A stretch of 63,893 nt of DNA, filler included, from Octopus bimaculoides (lineage: Eukaryota), in the NCBI RefSeq assembly GCF_001194135.2. It is 5 parts of 4 records of this genome, joined end to end, with 100 filler letters (N's around TTAATTAATTAA, not from the genome) between each part and the next. Parts side by side here need not be neighbours in the genome. Positions count along the whole stretch, not along the records: positions 19,487 to 42,235 come from NC_068984.1; 4 more parts are not named here. The stretch is one strand, 5' to 3'. Shown in pieces: positions 22,659 through 35,135 of the stretch. Under the pieces are notes generated by a model. The model worked only from the letters and a program-made list of their open reading frames with translations. It did not search any database and had not been told where the DNA came from. The position numbers and the translations under genes were made by a program. The number at the start of each line of letters is the position of its first letter. Position 1 is the first letter of the stretch.

Positions 22659-24539
22659 TGTGTGTGTGTGTGTGTGTAAACAAAGGAACCGCGCACACCA
22701 TCCCGCAGTGTTATCTTCCATAGCTGCTGCCCTTTCAAAATAAAAAAAAATAACACATCATAATTATTAAGTCTTATGTGTTCAGTACCTCCTAGTCTTC
22801 TGAGAGTACCAGTAGCAATAAAAAACCCATAACAGCAGGAAAGCTAAGTTCATCGAACCTTCTCCCCTCCCCCACACATCTCGATAGAAAAAAAAAGTAA
22901 CAAAATCCTGATAAGCAAATTCATTCACAATCCTCAAACGACATACCAATTATCATTACAACGGCCTCATACATCAATGAAGGAAGTAAAGAAATTTTCA
23001 CACACTTCAAAGAAGCACAACAGAAGCAGTTCCATCAAGCAGCAGAATCAATGTTCTCAGATTTGAAAACACCAGTCAAGCTATATGCACATTGCTGTAC
23101 ATACAATCTACAATATAATTACAGGGATATGCAAAAAATACATTGCACCTTAATTCTCTGTATATGTGTCAGAAGGAAATATTTTATCAGGATATTAATG
23201 TGTCAGTAGTGTCCAAGCACTTCAAACATACGTTGTGGATCTATTGATCGATTGCAAATGTGAACACTAAATAACGTAGAGGATCGGTATGTGAACGAAA
23301 ACGAGAAGAAAATAAATAAAGTTAAGTCGATGAACTACGAAAAAATATAAGAGAAGGAACTACAGACTATGGCGCGAGTGAAAACAGAAGTCATTCACCT
23401 ACATTAGGTATTTTCTATTTTATTATACACGAACAATGCAATTGATATTACAGGAGATTCAATAAGTACTGATTATAGTATGTTCGTCTAGTGTAAAGTG
23501 TAAGAGCACAACATTCAGCAATACAGAGGCTCTGAGTGGAAATGAGATTAAATACAATTTAAAACGCATTTATGAGAAGATTTTGTTAACATCATATGAG
23601 TATTGACACCTTCATAGAATATCTATTGAAAATATACTTAAATAAGAGACATATACATGCGTATCGAACATAGCGTTCCTGCTGTATAATGAATATCAAA
23701 TCACCTATGTTGCAACAAATGGTCTCATAGTAATTTGGGAGCGCTCACCGCAATTAATAATTCGGTGGCGACTATTTGACTCATCAAAAATTCGTACACT
23801 TTTGCGAATGAAGAACATAATATAAAAGTTTGATTTTTTTTTTTTCATTAGATCCTGGAATATATCCATTCGGGCATTAAATAATTACCAATGTCCATAT
23901 AATGCGACTGAGTTTATGCTGCTTGAATTTCGTGTCACGTATTACATTAAAGAATTCAATATTTTTGAAAGTAATGACCTTTTACAGTTTAAAATAATCT
24001 TAAAGTTAAACTGAAGATGTGTTGTTTAAATTAAAATTTACGATTAATGAAGTTGAATAAACAGAACGCTGAATAATCGGAAAATGTCGCTAATTTCTGT
24101 AACCTATTCGTACATAAACGTGATGAGTTTCGTCGGAAACATTTCAAATGCCGGAAATAGTGACTAACATTTAAACATGTAGCTCTAAATTTATTAACAG
24201 AAATAAACTTTTAATGTAATTTTAATGACGGAATACGGTATTGATTGGAGGTTACCACATGTTACAGAGAGAGAGTCAAGAAGAAGGGTGATATATATAT
24301 ANNNNNNNNNNNNNNNNNNNNNNNNNNNNNNNNNNNNNNNNNNNNNNNNNNNNNNNNNNNNNNNNNNNNNNNNNNNNNNNNTATATAGGCATGCTATTAT
24401 TTAGTTTTATTTAGAGATTTCTTGCTAATGGAGAAATTGCTGGTTTCTAACATATCCAGGGATCCTTCATTGGAATTTTAACAACATCAGCAGGGTGTTT
24501 TTGTATGCATGTATGTCTCTTCTATTTTTAATTATTATA

Positions 24540-25830
24540 AATTTTCCACAGAGCAGCGAGCCGGTTTCCAACAAAGATACAAGGCTCCGTCTTTGGGATG
24601 TAGTTAACACAGACAAATTCACATCTAGAAGCTGCATATTTTTACTGTTCCACTGAGAGATGAGACTTGTAATGTACGAATCAGACGGTCGATTTCTTTT
24701 TCTGAAAATCAAAGTTTATCCAGATTCTCCTTTAAGCATTTACTAACAAAGCTTAGTGCTCCAATTATTATTGGTATGAATATGAATTCATACTCTGGAT
24801 ACAGAAGCTGAAGGTTTTGAAGTAGATGTCTATAGATATCCTCTTTTTGTTTGATTTTCAAAGAGATAATTTTATCTGCAAGGCAGCTAACCTCTGTGGT
24901 CGTACATACCTTTGCCCCTCTTATCCCAAACAAGAAAATCCAACCTGTTATGCTTACATTTGACAGAAGTTTTGATGGGAACATTCCACCAGTATACCAT
25001 CAGTTGGTGTTTATGAATATATTCCATAACAGAAGGGTTTTCTAACTTTATTTCAGGACAGTCATTTTTGGAGATAGTATTGTAAATTGTTTTAGCAACA
25101 ACATCGTGCCACATTGGGAAGTAGTACAATGACGACATTTTAGGACAGCTGCTAATCACATGCGTAATGTCTTCCACAGAAACATCACATAACCTATACA
25201 TGCGGTAGCACCTTGGGATTACAAGAGCGTCACTGTCTCTCTTGTTCACCTGTTACTTAGGGGCAATCTCCTGTTCCTTGATTGCAAACGCATAACCTTC
25301 AAAGTGTGATGTGATGTGCCCAAGAGAGGCTACGCTTCGAGTCAATTCTACTCTCTCCTTCAAGCTTCCGGGCAACATACCCATGCATGGTCTTTTTTGT
25401 GCAGTGTGTTTTCCATCCAGGTTTTCTCTAAGGTAAGAGAGCCCGTTTTGGTGTTGTATAGCAGATCTTTAGGAAGAGAGTGATTCTTGAGGAGCTCTCT
25501 GCCAACTCGTACAATATTGGTCACTTCACTTTTCAGGACTGCATCAATATATTTGATTTTGCTTCTGCTGCCTGAGTGATACCATACGGCATTCGAAGGT
25601 AGAGCCTGTCAACAACACTGTTTCTTTAGAAGTTCCCAGCTGTTGTCAGGATTTTGCGGGTTTTGATATCTATGGAGTGGATTTCCTCTACAGACCAATG
25701 AAGTATCCCAAATGTTGGGATCAGCACTGGTACTGCAAATGCTTTGTGGGATACTGTTTTGTTGCAAGAAGTGAGTTTAGACTGCCATATTTTCCTAAGT
25801 CTTGTGTAATGTTCCCGGGTCATTCTATCT
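24540..25830 (-). mobile_element. Decayed R4/Dong-type retrotransposon, copy 2 (thumb, CCHC, RLE, 3' UTR)
   Basis: NKTVSHKAFAVPVLIPTFGILHWSVEEIHSIDIKTRKILT; CCHC-like RLCDVSVEDITHVISSCPKM...WHDVVAK; RLE WNVPIKTSVKCKHNRLDFLVWDK..EVSC..KQKEDIYRHLLQNLQLLYPEYEFIFIPIIIGAL; ends in ATAATAAT. Confidence 0.9.
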
Positions 25831-25924
25831 TTATTTACAGTATATGTATTATATGGGCAGGTTTGTATGTTTTGTTTTATGTGTCTTCTCGTGCATATAC
25901 TTGCATATCTAGACATGCTCATAT

Positions 25925-27540
25925 ATATTTAAATGATAATCTTCTGGAAAGTTTCACAAATTTTTACAGTTCCGTTGATGGCTTGGATCTGTAGACTTCG
26001 AATCAGCTTCCCCTTTTTGCTTTGGAGAATCCTAATTTTTCAAGATTCGTACTTAGGCAGTGTGCCACATATCCCAGTGCCACATATCCCAGTGCCCCAA
26101 TAATTATAGGTATAAATCTGAACTTGTAATCTGGATAGAGTAGCTAAAGATGTCTCAATAATTCAGCGTAGGTATTTTCTTTGTCGCTGATCGTTAAGTT
26201 TATCTTAACATGCTCTGGTACACAGTTCCTCTCCTCTATCCCAAATCACTTTGCTAGGTACATTATGTTTACATTTTAATGAGGTTTCACTTGGACATTC
26301 AAATAGTGCTTATTTTTATTATGAGTAGCAATGGCTTCTACCATACTGTGGGTTCTTATTCCTTTACCCTCGGTGTTATCCTTCCGATAGATTTCGTTTT
26401 ACGGTGTCTTACATCATGTTCCATTGGTAGAAAATACCGTGATGGATGACATTTTCGTACAATTGCTTTATTTGTAGGTGATATATCCGGTGTTAACTTC
26501 ACAAAGTCTACATTAGATATCACATTTTGCTACTTGCTCTCGTCGCTGTTTTATCTTTTTTCTTTCTCTGTGAAGTATTTGATAGTTATTTCCTGTTCCT
26601 GGATTGCAAACGCATGCCCTTCCACGTGTTAGTTAGTTATCAGGTTGTTGGTCTATGATGGATTGCTTTGATGCTCAATGTTATTATCATCCCTCAGCTT
26701 TCTACTAATATATACATGCATGGTCTTCTGGTGATATACATTCATCCATTCATGTGACTATACGTCGCATTAGAGTCGTACGAGTTCTTTGGGAATGTAT
26801 TTAACTTTAGCAGACAAGGAATCCTGGTCATCGAGCTGCTTTCCAAGTCTCATGATGCTATCAGCCTCATTTATGCAAATGTGGTCAAGGGATGCAATTC
26901 GACACTTGGTGGTTAAAAGATGTTTCGGAAGGGATTTGATACAACATTCAAAGGCTGTCTGGATCGATGTTAAGCTTTTGCTCCCTTGTTTTTGTTTCAG
27001 GGAGAGGTGGTCTACATCACTGTGGACGGGGAAATTATGTGTGCTTTTTAGTATTTTCAGGACTTTTCCACCAACGGCTCGGATCTCATCAAGCAACCAG
27101 TCAAGCAGCCCAAATGTTGATATGAGTACTGGCACTGCAAACACATTGTGGGCCACTATTTTATTGAATGCAAAGAGTTCCGAGATCCATATTGTTTTTA
27201 TTCGGTAGTAATATTCTTAAGTACCATGTGTTTTGCTACAAGTGCCATCATAACATAGACTCCTGTAACATTCTTCATCAGATATAGAGGAAACCGTTAT
27301 GTCATGGATGGAAATGTTCCTAGTTCGATTTACAGTTTCCAACTTTTTCACAACCATATACCGAAATTCATTCTGACCAAACTCTAACCATATATCCTTT
27401 GAGAAAGTTTTAACCAAGTCGGGGATCTTCTTCATATTATTCTTATTCTTCGCATATAATTTCAAGTCATCCACAAAGAAACAGTATGTATGTACATCTT
27501 CTGAACATTTGATAAATGTTGCCATACTTTTCTCTGCTAC
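25925..27540 (-). mobile_element. Decayed R4/Dong-type retrotransposon, copy 1 (RT, thumb, RLE C-terminus)
   Basis: RT motif FVDDLKLYAKN (YMDDLKL type); HNVFAVPVLISTFGLLDW; C-terminal LLYPDYKFRFIPIIIGALGY...LIRSLQIQAINGTVKICETF. Many stops and frameshifts. Confidence 0.9.
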
Positions 27541-27892
27541 ATCGTCATATAGGAACTCATATTTCTCAGTCGTTACAAATGATCAACTCGTAAACTTAAT
27601 TCTGTGAACTGTTTTAATTTTTGGGGGTTGTATACAATAAAAGGAAAGGATAAAGAAGAGATAGAAAAAGTGTAAGGGAGTTCTATTTCTGGAAAACTGA
27701 TGTTTCGTAAGCATATCTCTATATTAAAAAGTGGTGTGATTTTATGAATAGAGTGTAGTAGAATTGAGGATTAAGTGTGCTGCAATTGTCGCCACTTATA
27801 CGCAAATGTTTTCATTGTTTTTCAAACATAATAAAAATGTGTCATCTCCATTTTATCATTTTGTAGAGAATCCAAATATAACCATAAACGGC

Positions 27893-27895
<3 letters not shown>

Positions 27896-27963
<68 letters not shown>
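27896..27963. repeat. (CT)n microsatellite
   Basis: Pure CT run. Confidence 0.95.
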
Positions 27964-27966
<3 letters not shown>

Positions 27967-28733
27967 TACACACTTACACACATGTGTATGCATGTGTGTG
28001 TGTCTGAGTCTGTGTACATTTTGAGATTTGCATGTGTGTGCATGTGTAACGCGCGTGGTCATGTACGTAATAATATCCTTATCGGTGAATAAAATCATGC
28101 TGATGTGTAAGTCTGTTTTATCATAACATGTTCTTGCTATATTATGTCAGTAGGACTCAGAGCTTAGAAATTCGTACTATAAGAATACTGATATAGCTGT
28201 AAAATCACAAGGGATTTGTATGTAATTTACATCATAAGAATAGAAAATAAATATACAGGACTGTTGAAGATAAGGTAACGCTCTGGGGAAACGCATTTCG
28301 ACTCATCAGTGATGCAATGAAACGAAAATGGTACGGAACGAAATGATAACGAAACAAATTAACGAAATCAAGAGAAAAGATAAAACAAGTAATAAAAGTG
28401 AAATTGTTAGATAATATTTTTAATTTAGGAAAACTATAAGAAGACCTAAGGCGACATACTTCACATCATTAAGATTCGTATGGAGGTCTCTTTAGCAGCT
28501 TGACATAAATTGGAATGATACTAAACAAAACAAGAATGAAAAAAATTCATTAAAGATTGCAAAGTATCTCAAAGAATGACTAATGAAGATAACATCACCC
28601 ATGCATGTTCACATATGCACAGACACACACATCATATATATATATGTATTCATTCATATATNNNNNNNNNNNNNNNNNNNNNNNNNNNNNNNNNNNNNNN
28701 NNNNNNNNNNNNNNNNNNNNNNNNNNNNNNNNN

Positions 28734-28777
<44 letters not shown>

Positions 28778-29479
28778 ACCATCATACACGCACACACACA
28801 TGCATGTGCATGTGCGTGGGTGTGTCTGTGTGTCTGTGTGAGTATGTGTGTGTGTGTACTGATGTAAGAGCATGTTAGTACTTATAACGCAACTGTATAT
28901 AATTTGTATTGGCAACAATATTTTATACCAAGTAACATTCTACCGGCTACGCTGAAGGAATTGTAAAATGATTCTCCTACAAATAATTGCTTTTGAAAAT
29001 GATCAACATGTATTGAAACCTAATACGCAAAATGAATATAATACTGAATATGCATTCTTGTTCATTGCAACTCATAAAATACATGGGATCTTAGATTGGA
29101 TGAATAAAAACAGAAGAGTTGGTAAAATATTGTGCTAACGTTCATTCTCATTATCATCAAATAATTTCCTGAAAATGTCATTAACATATGAAGATATATC
29201 CACATAGGAAAGAAACAACAATCAGCTGCTTCGATGTAAAAGAAGAGCATATTCTATCAGCCAATTATGATATGAATTCGAACTCACCGGTGCGCTCTAA
29301 TGCTTTGAAGATTTTCTTTCAAACAGACGTAAGAAACTTTTCGCAAAACCACAGCAGATACTTTTCAATATTTTCCTCTCAAGTTGCAAATTTCTGAAAA
29401 TGATAAAAGTGTGTATCACGTGCCCTCTCTATAAAGAAGGGAGGAGAACAGATACTTACTTGTGTGACCTCACACGTCA

Positions 29480-30400
29480 GCAAAACCACGGAACGCATTG
29501 TCAGAAGGGAATTGATTACATTGCTGTCAGAAAATGGCTAGTTCATTGACATGCAGCATGGCTTCACTCTGGAAGGAAACGCTTCACATATCCACGGCAG
29601 CATATTGACTGGGTATTGAAACAAAAGCTCGGGCGTTTAAATGTGGATGTGATATATCTCTACTTTGACAAGGCCTTCGAGAACGTCCATCACTGTATGA
29701 TATATCACAAACTGGGGGGAGAATATTTGTATGACGTTCTAAAAGAAGGGAATGAAGAAGTTGCAGCCAGCGATATTCTCTCCGAGGTGTATCAATGATA
29801 AGTGGAGTCGTTCAATCAGGGAACTGTACTGGAATCACTACTTTTCGAAGTGGTTCAGTCAGATCTGCCTCCAGTCATAAAGACAGAATCTCTCACCAAC
29901 TATTCTGATGATACAAAAGTATCAACGTATCACAGACAGTTAAGAATTCTGTGGATATGGGGAAATGTAAGCGCAAAAGAAAGTGGGTTGAAGACAATAA
30001 TTCGCAGTTCAATGCTAACAAGTTTCAAGAAATGATGTATCGCCAGCAAATGAACTGCTATTAATATGCAGGACCGGTGCGTATTGCAATACCAGAGGTG
30101 AAGTCGGAGCGTAATCTGGAATTCCATATGCGCACGTTAATAAAATGACAGCAATGTACAGCTGACTTCTGGGACTCTTAAATCATTCCGAACACGAAAA
30201 ATGAATCCATATTACTCACAAAGAGAACATTCTTTCTCAGCCGCCTACATTATTGCTCCTAATTATGATCACCCCAAAGCATCAAATAAACGACAGATCT
30301 TGACGCAATCCAGGTATCTCAAGAACATTACCTCGATGCAACACGAGAATTACTGGTAATAGCGAAAATAACTGAGGTTATACATCATGGAGAGAGGATG
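29480..30400 (+). mobile_element. Decayed CR1-group LINE reverse-transcriptase region
   Basis: QHGF; DVIYLYFDKAFENVHH (DVIYLDF.KAFDKV.H); QGTVLESLLFEVVQSDLPPVIKTESLTNYSDDTKV (QGTVLGPLLF...YADDTK). Confidence 0.8.
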
Positions 30401-30464
30401 CGAAAGATATGCAGTAATATATATGCGCGTATCTGTGCGTGTTTGTGTGTGGGGTGGAGATGGC

Positions 30465-30655
30465 AGAATCGTTTGTACGCCGGGGAAAATGTTCAGCGAC
30501 ATTCCATCAGTCTGCACTTTCTGAGTTCAAATTCAGCTGAGATCGACTTTGCATCCCATCCTTTCGGTGTCGATGAAATAAGTACCAATAGGGAAGATGT
30601 AGTCGACTAGTCTCCCTCTCCTATAATTTCAGGCATTGTACCTATAGTTAACTAG
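30465..30655 (+). mobile_element. SINE family A, diverged
   Basis: CTGAGTTCAAATTCAGCTGAGATCGACTTTGCATCCCATCCTTTCGGTGTCGATGAAATAAGTACC. Confidence 0.75.
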
Positions 30656-32329
30656 AAAGGAATACATGTGTGAGTGTGCATGTGTGGTTGTATGTATGTA
30701 CGTAGGGAAGATCCTAGAGTGCCCGTCCACAGCTTTTGCGTTGAAAGATATAACAATCAACGGACTGGACGTCATTGCATAATTTCAAATATCCGACCAG
30801 TTCCCTCCAGATTAAATGACCAATACTACAAACGAACCAATTTTTGTCAAATATACCACATGATGCCCTATCACGGTAAGACACGGAAAGCAGAACAGTT
30901 CTGTTCCTCTTACTTCATGAGGACCGATTCCGGAAACAAGACCATGAAGTGAATCTAAAATAAACAGCATTGATGGCGGTGCTCTAGCAGGGCCACAACC
31001 TCTTGCTGAAACTGATAACAGAATAAGAAGATAATACAATAAAAGCATATTCTTAATTACAATAGTTGCTCTTGATACAGCGTGCAGTGATGTCACCTGA
31101 TTACCTCAATTGACAAGTATTCGTAGTTTAAAATATTTCAGCCAATGCTGTTTTGTAGTTAGAAACGCTGAAGGATCCCGTTACATGTTTGCACTTCTGC
31201 AGTATCTTTTAGAGCATTTATAGTTTTCCTTTCTCTATTTTTACTGAAACGAAATATGTTTTTGAGAGTCGAATATAGCTGAGACTTATTTTAGCGAAAT
31301 TGGGATGACAGAGAATATATAATTTCTTGTGTTATTTTTTTCTTGTTAGGATAATAAGCTATAGCTATATTTTGAACTGAAAGCAAAGTGAATTATGATT
31401 TAGCAAAACTAGACAAAAAAACAAGAAGAGTAATGACTACATAAAGATTATATTTACCAAAAATTATAGAGACGTATATGTATTTGGTATCTAGAAAATA
31501 TGTAAGAGAAACATATCTCTAATGTAATACTAGAAATATATTGCAAAACGAAAGAAACGTCGACATAAGTGCAAATTATGAAAGTATGACAACAACATAA
31601 TTATTTCTGACTTCAAGGACAGGAAACAAAGTATGGGGCAGTGAAGTTCCTCGAAAGTGAAATGAGGGTATCTCACACACATAGGGCACAAATATTTTGA
31701 AAGAATAACGAAATGCTCACATTGCTTAGAAGAATACGGCAATGCGCACGCACATTGACACACACACATGCGCACAAACAAACAAAAAGAACGCAGGTCG
31801 GATAACGGAGAGAGTTAACAACTATTAAAACGGTTGCATGGCGTAACGAGAATTTTAGGAAAAATAAATAAGTAAATGAGTGGAAACTTTACCGGTGAGT
31901 GTTTTAAATAATCTCCTGAGTTCGTTGCTACAATGAATTTATTAATAGTATGTTTCCCGGTGCATATCATGTGTTGCATTCCAGTTCCCTGTTGCATGAA
32001 ATCTTCTGATATGTATATGTAACATAGATTGAAGTGTATTACACAGTTGACTTCAGTCATCATAACAACTGTTTTCTTCCTAAGTTAGACCACTCTTGTG
32101 TACTAGCCATTATTCTATTTTCTTTCTTCAGCAAGTAAGTGCTATGAAACAAATAAAAAGGGAATTATAAAAAGTATACGAATTATTAATCAACTTTGTA
32201 AATATTACTCAGCGAACAACAGTAATCTGTACTTCTGTTATTTGTGAAATAAAAATATTGTAATAAAATGGAATGGAAATTTCCGGCAAAAACTGAAAAA
32301 AAATCAAGTGACTACCTTCGTAAAGCTCT

Positions 32330-33400
32330 CTTGGAATATATCCACATGATCCCTACTATTTCAATTGCGCTAAACGCCACAGATCTATGGGTGATTTTTA
32401 TTTGAAAAAGAAAGATTTAGACTCCGATAAAGTAATGAAATATGTAATATGCGAGTGAGTTCCATTAGATGAATGAAGGATACAAATGAATATTAGGTGT
32501 ATCATATCAGAAAAAAAACAACTTAAATTAGGAATGGAATTTGAAAATATTATTAAGTTATTAGCAGAAAACCTTCCGGGTGGCGGTCTTTCTACTCGTA
32601 ATAAGAATGTGAATATTGGAAACAGATAATCTCTATGGAAATTGTTATCATGAAATCATGAAGAAATGCAAACATACCAAAGAATGGAATATAATATTAT
32701 TAGGGAGCGCGTAGGTATGTTTGGCAGTGCTGAAAACATTATCAACTTCAAGGTATACAGCATAACAAGCATATATGCAGGAAATAAATTTCTGTTATCT
32801 GTCCAGCTCAATGGAGATCATTAGATCGGTATTTGGCAAGTACCAAAGCATGCTTATAGCATGAATATATGTAGTACAGAGTAGTAAATTGTTTTAAGAA
32901 AGTATTGAGAACGAGAACGCTTAGAAACAGAGAACCAAAAGGTACACAATAAGAGAATAACCTGAACGTACATAGGGCTTCCTGCGAAAACGAGTCTTGG
33001 AATGAATAATACAGCGTCTAATGCATGTTACGTATAACCAAGTAATTAAAACTAACACAGTGACGCAAAAGAAGAGAAAAATCATATATATATATATATA
33101 TATATATTGGAGATTGTGGTCTATAATATACGAGGCTGAGAAATGTTCAACGTGGAGAAAATTAAAACCGTCATAATAAAGAGTTTACATAAAATATAGA
33201 AACTTGGATAGCTACTGGAATTCACCAAGGTATGAATCAAGGTAAACGTAAAAAAGTATTGGAGTTCTTGGCTCCATTGTTAATACATTTGCAGCAAACA
33301 TCAATGTTATATGTAAAATAACTATTGAAACCTTATAACAAATCAGCGCTAATTGGAGCCAGCAGCAGCATGCAGAAGCTACACACTACCTAATGTGTGA
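32330..33400 (+). mobile_element. Very old R4/Dong-type relic
   Basis: Remnants GIYPHD..IALN (GIFQGD.LSPLLF.IALN) and C-terminal IGVLGSIV...IETL..KSALIGA (IGALG...IETLQKSALLG). Confidence 0.45.
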
Positions 33401-34472
33401 TGCTTTGTCGAATAGAACTCCCTATTAACTCAGCATTGAACTGAGGCTGGAATAACACAAAACTGATCATGATAATTCCTTCTAACTTTAGATGGAGGCT
33501 GCTACTTGATAACATGTACCAAACTGCTCCACTGTAACTTATTTCAATAACCCCCAAAAGGATAAAAGGCCAGGTGGATGTCTTTTTCGCTACTGATATT
33601 CATTTGGCAATAGTCAAAAGCCTGGAAGTTTCGTTGTTTCATCTAAATGTCAGTTTCAGTTCTGCTTCCAGAATTTTTATTCTTCATCATTCTTCATTCA
33701 TTGCTCATGTGTCTTTGTCTGTTATAGCGATACTGATCCGGCTTTTTAAAAATTTGAATCTGTGTATTTTTCAAGTGTCACTTGTTTTCATTCATACGAT
33801 AGTGGAGTAAATTATTATTCAAGGGCCACGTATGAATATGTACCTTGCAGCTGATTCTTCATTGAAACAAAATGCTAACACTAGGCAAGACTGCATCACA
33901 CAGAAACAAGCTGCAATGCTACTAACGTGTTTCCAGGTATTTCTCGTCCTTTTCGTCTTGTGCTCATACACGTTTTGCATTTCATCTACTACTTCTGTTC
34001 AGATTACACACTGATACGTAAGATCCTCATAACTTTCTATTTTCTTCTACAAGCAGTTCTCAAAAGACATAGGCTAAAAACTGTCTGTATAACTGTTTGA
34101 AATCCGTTTGTTGCTGAATTATTAATACAATTAAATTTTACATGACAACTACAAATGACCCTATTATATGAGTATTGTCGTTATCAATTGTGTTGTTGCA
34201 ACTAATATTGCTATGGTAGTTATACTGCTCCTCCTCTCTCTCCCTCTCCCTCTCCCTCACCTCCTCCTCACCGCTTCGTCCAACGCCACCACCTCCTCCT
34301 CCATCCTCCCTCTCCTCCCCTTCTCCCCCTCCTCCCTCATCCTCTCCTCCTCTCATCCTCCTCCTCAATANNNNNNNNNNNNNNNNNNNNNNNNNNNNNN
34401 NNNNNNNNNNNNNNNNNNNNNNNNNNNNNNNNNNNNNNNNNNNNNNNNNNNNNNCTCCTCCTCCTCCTCCTC

Positions 34473-34508
<36 letters not shown>

Positions 34509-34839
34509 ATAATAATAGATGAAGTGGCTGAATTTTAGAAAGAAATATGGTCGGCGAAGGAACAGTCTCAGTAAAGATCTAGCAAAACAGCGAAAATCGC
34601 ACCCGAACAACACTGAACTGATATAACAACTGAAGAGTTCACTCAGATACATCCCATGCGTCCTGACAGCAGCTGTTCGATATAACCCCATGAGTCAGCA
34701 ATGCCCGGACACTGAACGAGTGCTGTAGAACGCTTTCGTTACCCTGTGCGCACCTCAGACAAGCCCGTCTGAAAGCAGACCCGTGCCTGTAGCGTTTATC
34801 TCGAACCGATAGCACCCACCTTGAGGGAATGGACCTCAT

Positions 34840-34978
34840 CGACGCTACTTAATTTATCGAATCTGGAATGAGGAAGGGCAAAACCGACATTGGCTGAATT
34901 CAACCTCAGAATATAAAGACGGTGAAATGCCTCTAAGCATTTTGTCTGGTGTAACGCTTCTGCTAGCTCGCCACCTTA
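34840..34978 (-). mobile_element. SINE family A, diverged
   Basis: TACTTAATTTATCGA...GGGCAAAACCGAC...CTAGCTCGCCACC matches the reverse complement of the consensus. Confidence 0.7.
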
Positions 34979-34984
34979 ATAAGA

Positions 34985-35046
34985 AGTAGCTGTAGTCACA
35001 GAAGAAGTAGCAGCAGTAGCAGCAGTAGCAGTAGTAGTGGTTGCAT

Positions 35047-35087
<41 letters not shown>

Positions 35088-35095
35088 GTAGCAGC

Positions 35096-35130
<35 letters not shown>

Positions 35131-35135
35131 GTGGA
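34985..35135. repeat. Compound trinucleotide microsatellite (AGC/AGT/ATC)
   Basis: Consecutive CAT, CAG and TAG tracts. Confidence 0.9.

Noticed and set aside
28288-28312. Minus-strand CTGATGA-GTC-GAAA hammerhead-like string
   Set aside because: Stem II is a single pair and stem I cannot form.
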